Origin: Eledone cirrhosa
Taxonomy: Eukaryota
Assembly: GCA_964016885.1 (NCBI GenBank)
Contig: OZ024741.1
Coordinates: forward strand, 99,882,001 to 99,946,000
Direction: 5' to 3'
Length of the DNA stretch: 64,000 nt
This document shows, in pieces, positions 62,828 to 64,000 of this stretch. A model generated the notes under the pieces. The model made no database searches, was not told where the DNA came from, and saw nothing but the letters and a program-made list of their open reading frames with translations. The position numbers and the translations under genes are program-made. Numbering within the stretch: the first letter of the stretch is position 1; each line of letters starts with the position of its first letter.

Positions 62828-64000
62828 GTAATCCTGGTATGTGTATATGCATTTTTTCTTCTAACTTTAATTTTATACCTAATTGTGTATGGTTGACGAT
62901 ATATTTAATCGATTTCCATGTGCTATTGAAATGCTGGGTAAATATTCTATAGCTGTTGATCGCGAATAGATGGCTGTCGTTTATTTATCTATTATTTCTT
63001 CATAGGTGCCTTTTAATCTTATAGCCTGGTTTAATTGTTTGTTTTTTTGCAATATATGCTTTGACCACTCCTTTTCTTTATTAATCGACCTTAAATATAA
63101 GTAAAGAATCTATTTAATGTATTGGTAGTTAAGATGCAATGTATCCGACAGCTGTATGTAGGGATCCTACGAGGTCGCTTTTCATTTTTTCTATTCCAGG
63201 GGCTTTTATATCTAACTTCTTAGATTATTTATCTTAGTCAAATGTTCATAGGCAATGTTCATAAATCGTTCAACGGTTCTAATATTATAATGTTTATTTA
63301 CCATTGTCGTCAATTGATACAGCTTAAAAAGAGGAAAGGAGAAGTAAGCCTCATTTTGGGGAAATTATACAAACTGTACAGGAGGTGTGAATTCGCGTCT
63401 TATCGCTGACGCTGCCCATTTTTGTCAGTTTCAAGAGGTTTATGCCCACCTTATCAGATTATTTTTCCTATTCAAAAACGTGTATTAAATCTGTTAAATC
63501 CAAGTTACCGGGATATTATCTCTCTCTCACAATCTCCCACTCTCCCTCTCCTCTCTCTTTCATTCTCTCTCATTGCTCTCTCTCTCTCTACACACACACA
63601 AATACATTGTATGTATATACTTGAATCGTGTGCAACCCAATTCAAATCGTCAGTAAGAATATCAAACATTAGAAATAAAATCTAATATTTGAGAAAATTC
63701 GAGTAAAGTATAGCTTAACTCCGAAAGGGATACTGATATGTGTGTATTGATTGCTGTTTAATAGGGAAAATTCGGTAGCACTTAAATCAAAGGGCTGCAA
63801 AAAGAGTAAGGCCTCGTTAAAGCAGTCAGTTCATTACATGATTGATCGCACGTACATCGGTACACCGCACGTTAAATTAGGCTTGGGAGATAGATAGATC
63901 TGTATGTTTTTTGTGTGTTTCTGCGATTATTTCTCTATGTGTCCGCGCGTATCTGTGTCAGGGCGTTTCCGTATGCTATCGACAACATATAAATATGTAG

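Overview
Animal (non-microbial) genomic DNA, AT-rich and saturated with (TA)n, (CA)n and trinucleotide microsatellites. The tRNA-derived SINE here resembles octopod SINEs, so an octopus-like cephalopod is my inference. No intact host protein-coding gene is visible, and most long ORFs in the track are translated microsatellites. The window is mostly retroelements: three Penelope-like (PLE) GIY-YIG remnants (two Naiad-like), a near-full-length decayed L1/Tx1-type LINE, a 5'-truncated R4/Dong-type element, RTE remnants, a deleted mariner, SINEs and a probable non-autonomous Helitron. About a dozen short non-coding families abut (TA)n tracts in partial-tandem or fold-back form and carry type I hammerhead ribozyme (HHR) motifs. 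The most striking observation is a ~510-630 bp non-coding tandem-unit family at 6.4-7.0, 11.5-12.6 and 57.5-58.3 kb. It holds a ~100-nt RNA motif with all three hammerhead core strands (NUH, GAAA, CUGAUGA) in reversed, non-canonical order, joined by six helices, four of which show compensatory changes between copies. This is a candidate pseudoknotted/permuted hammerhead topology that I do not recognise as type I, II or III. All structures were read by eye and ribozyme activity is untested.
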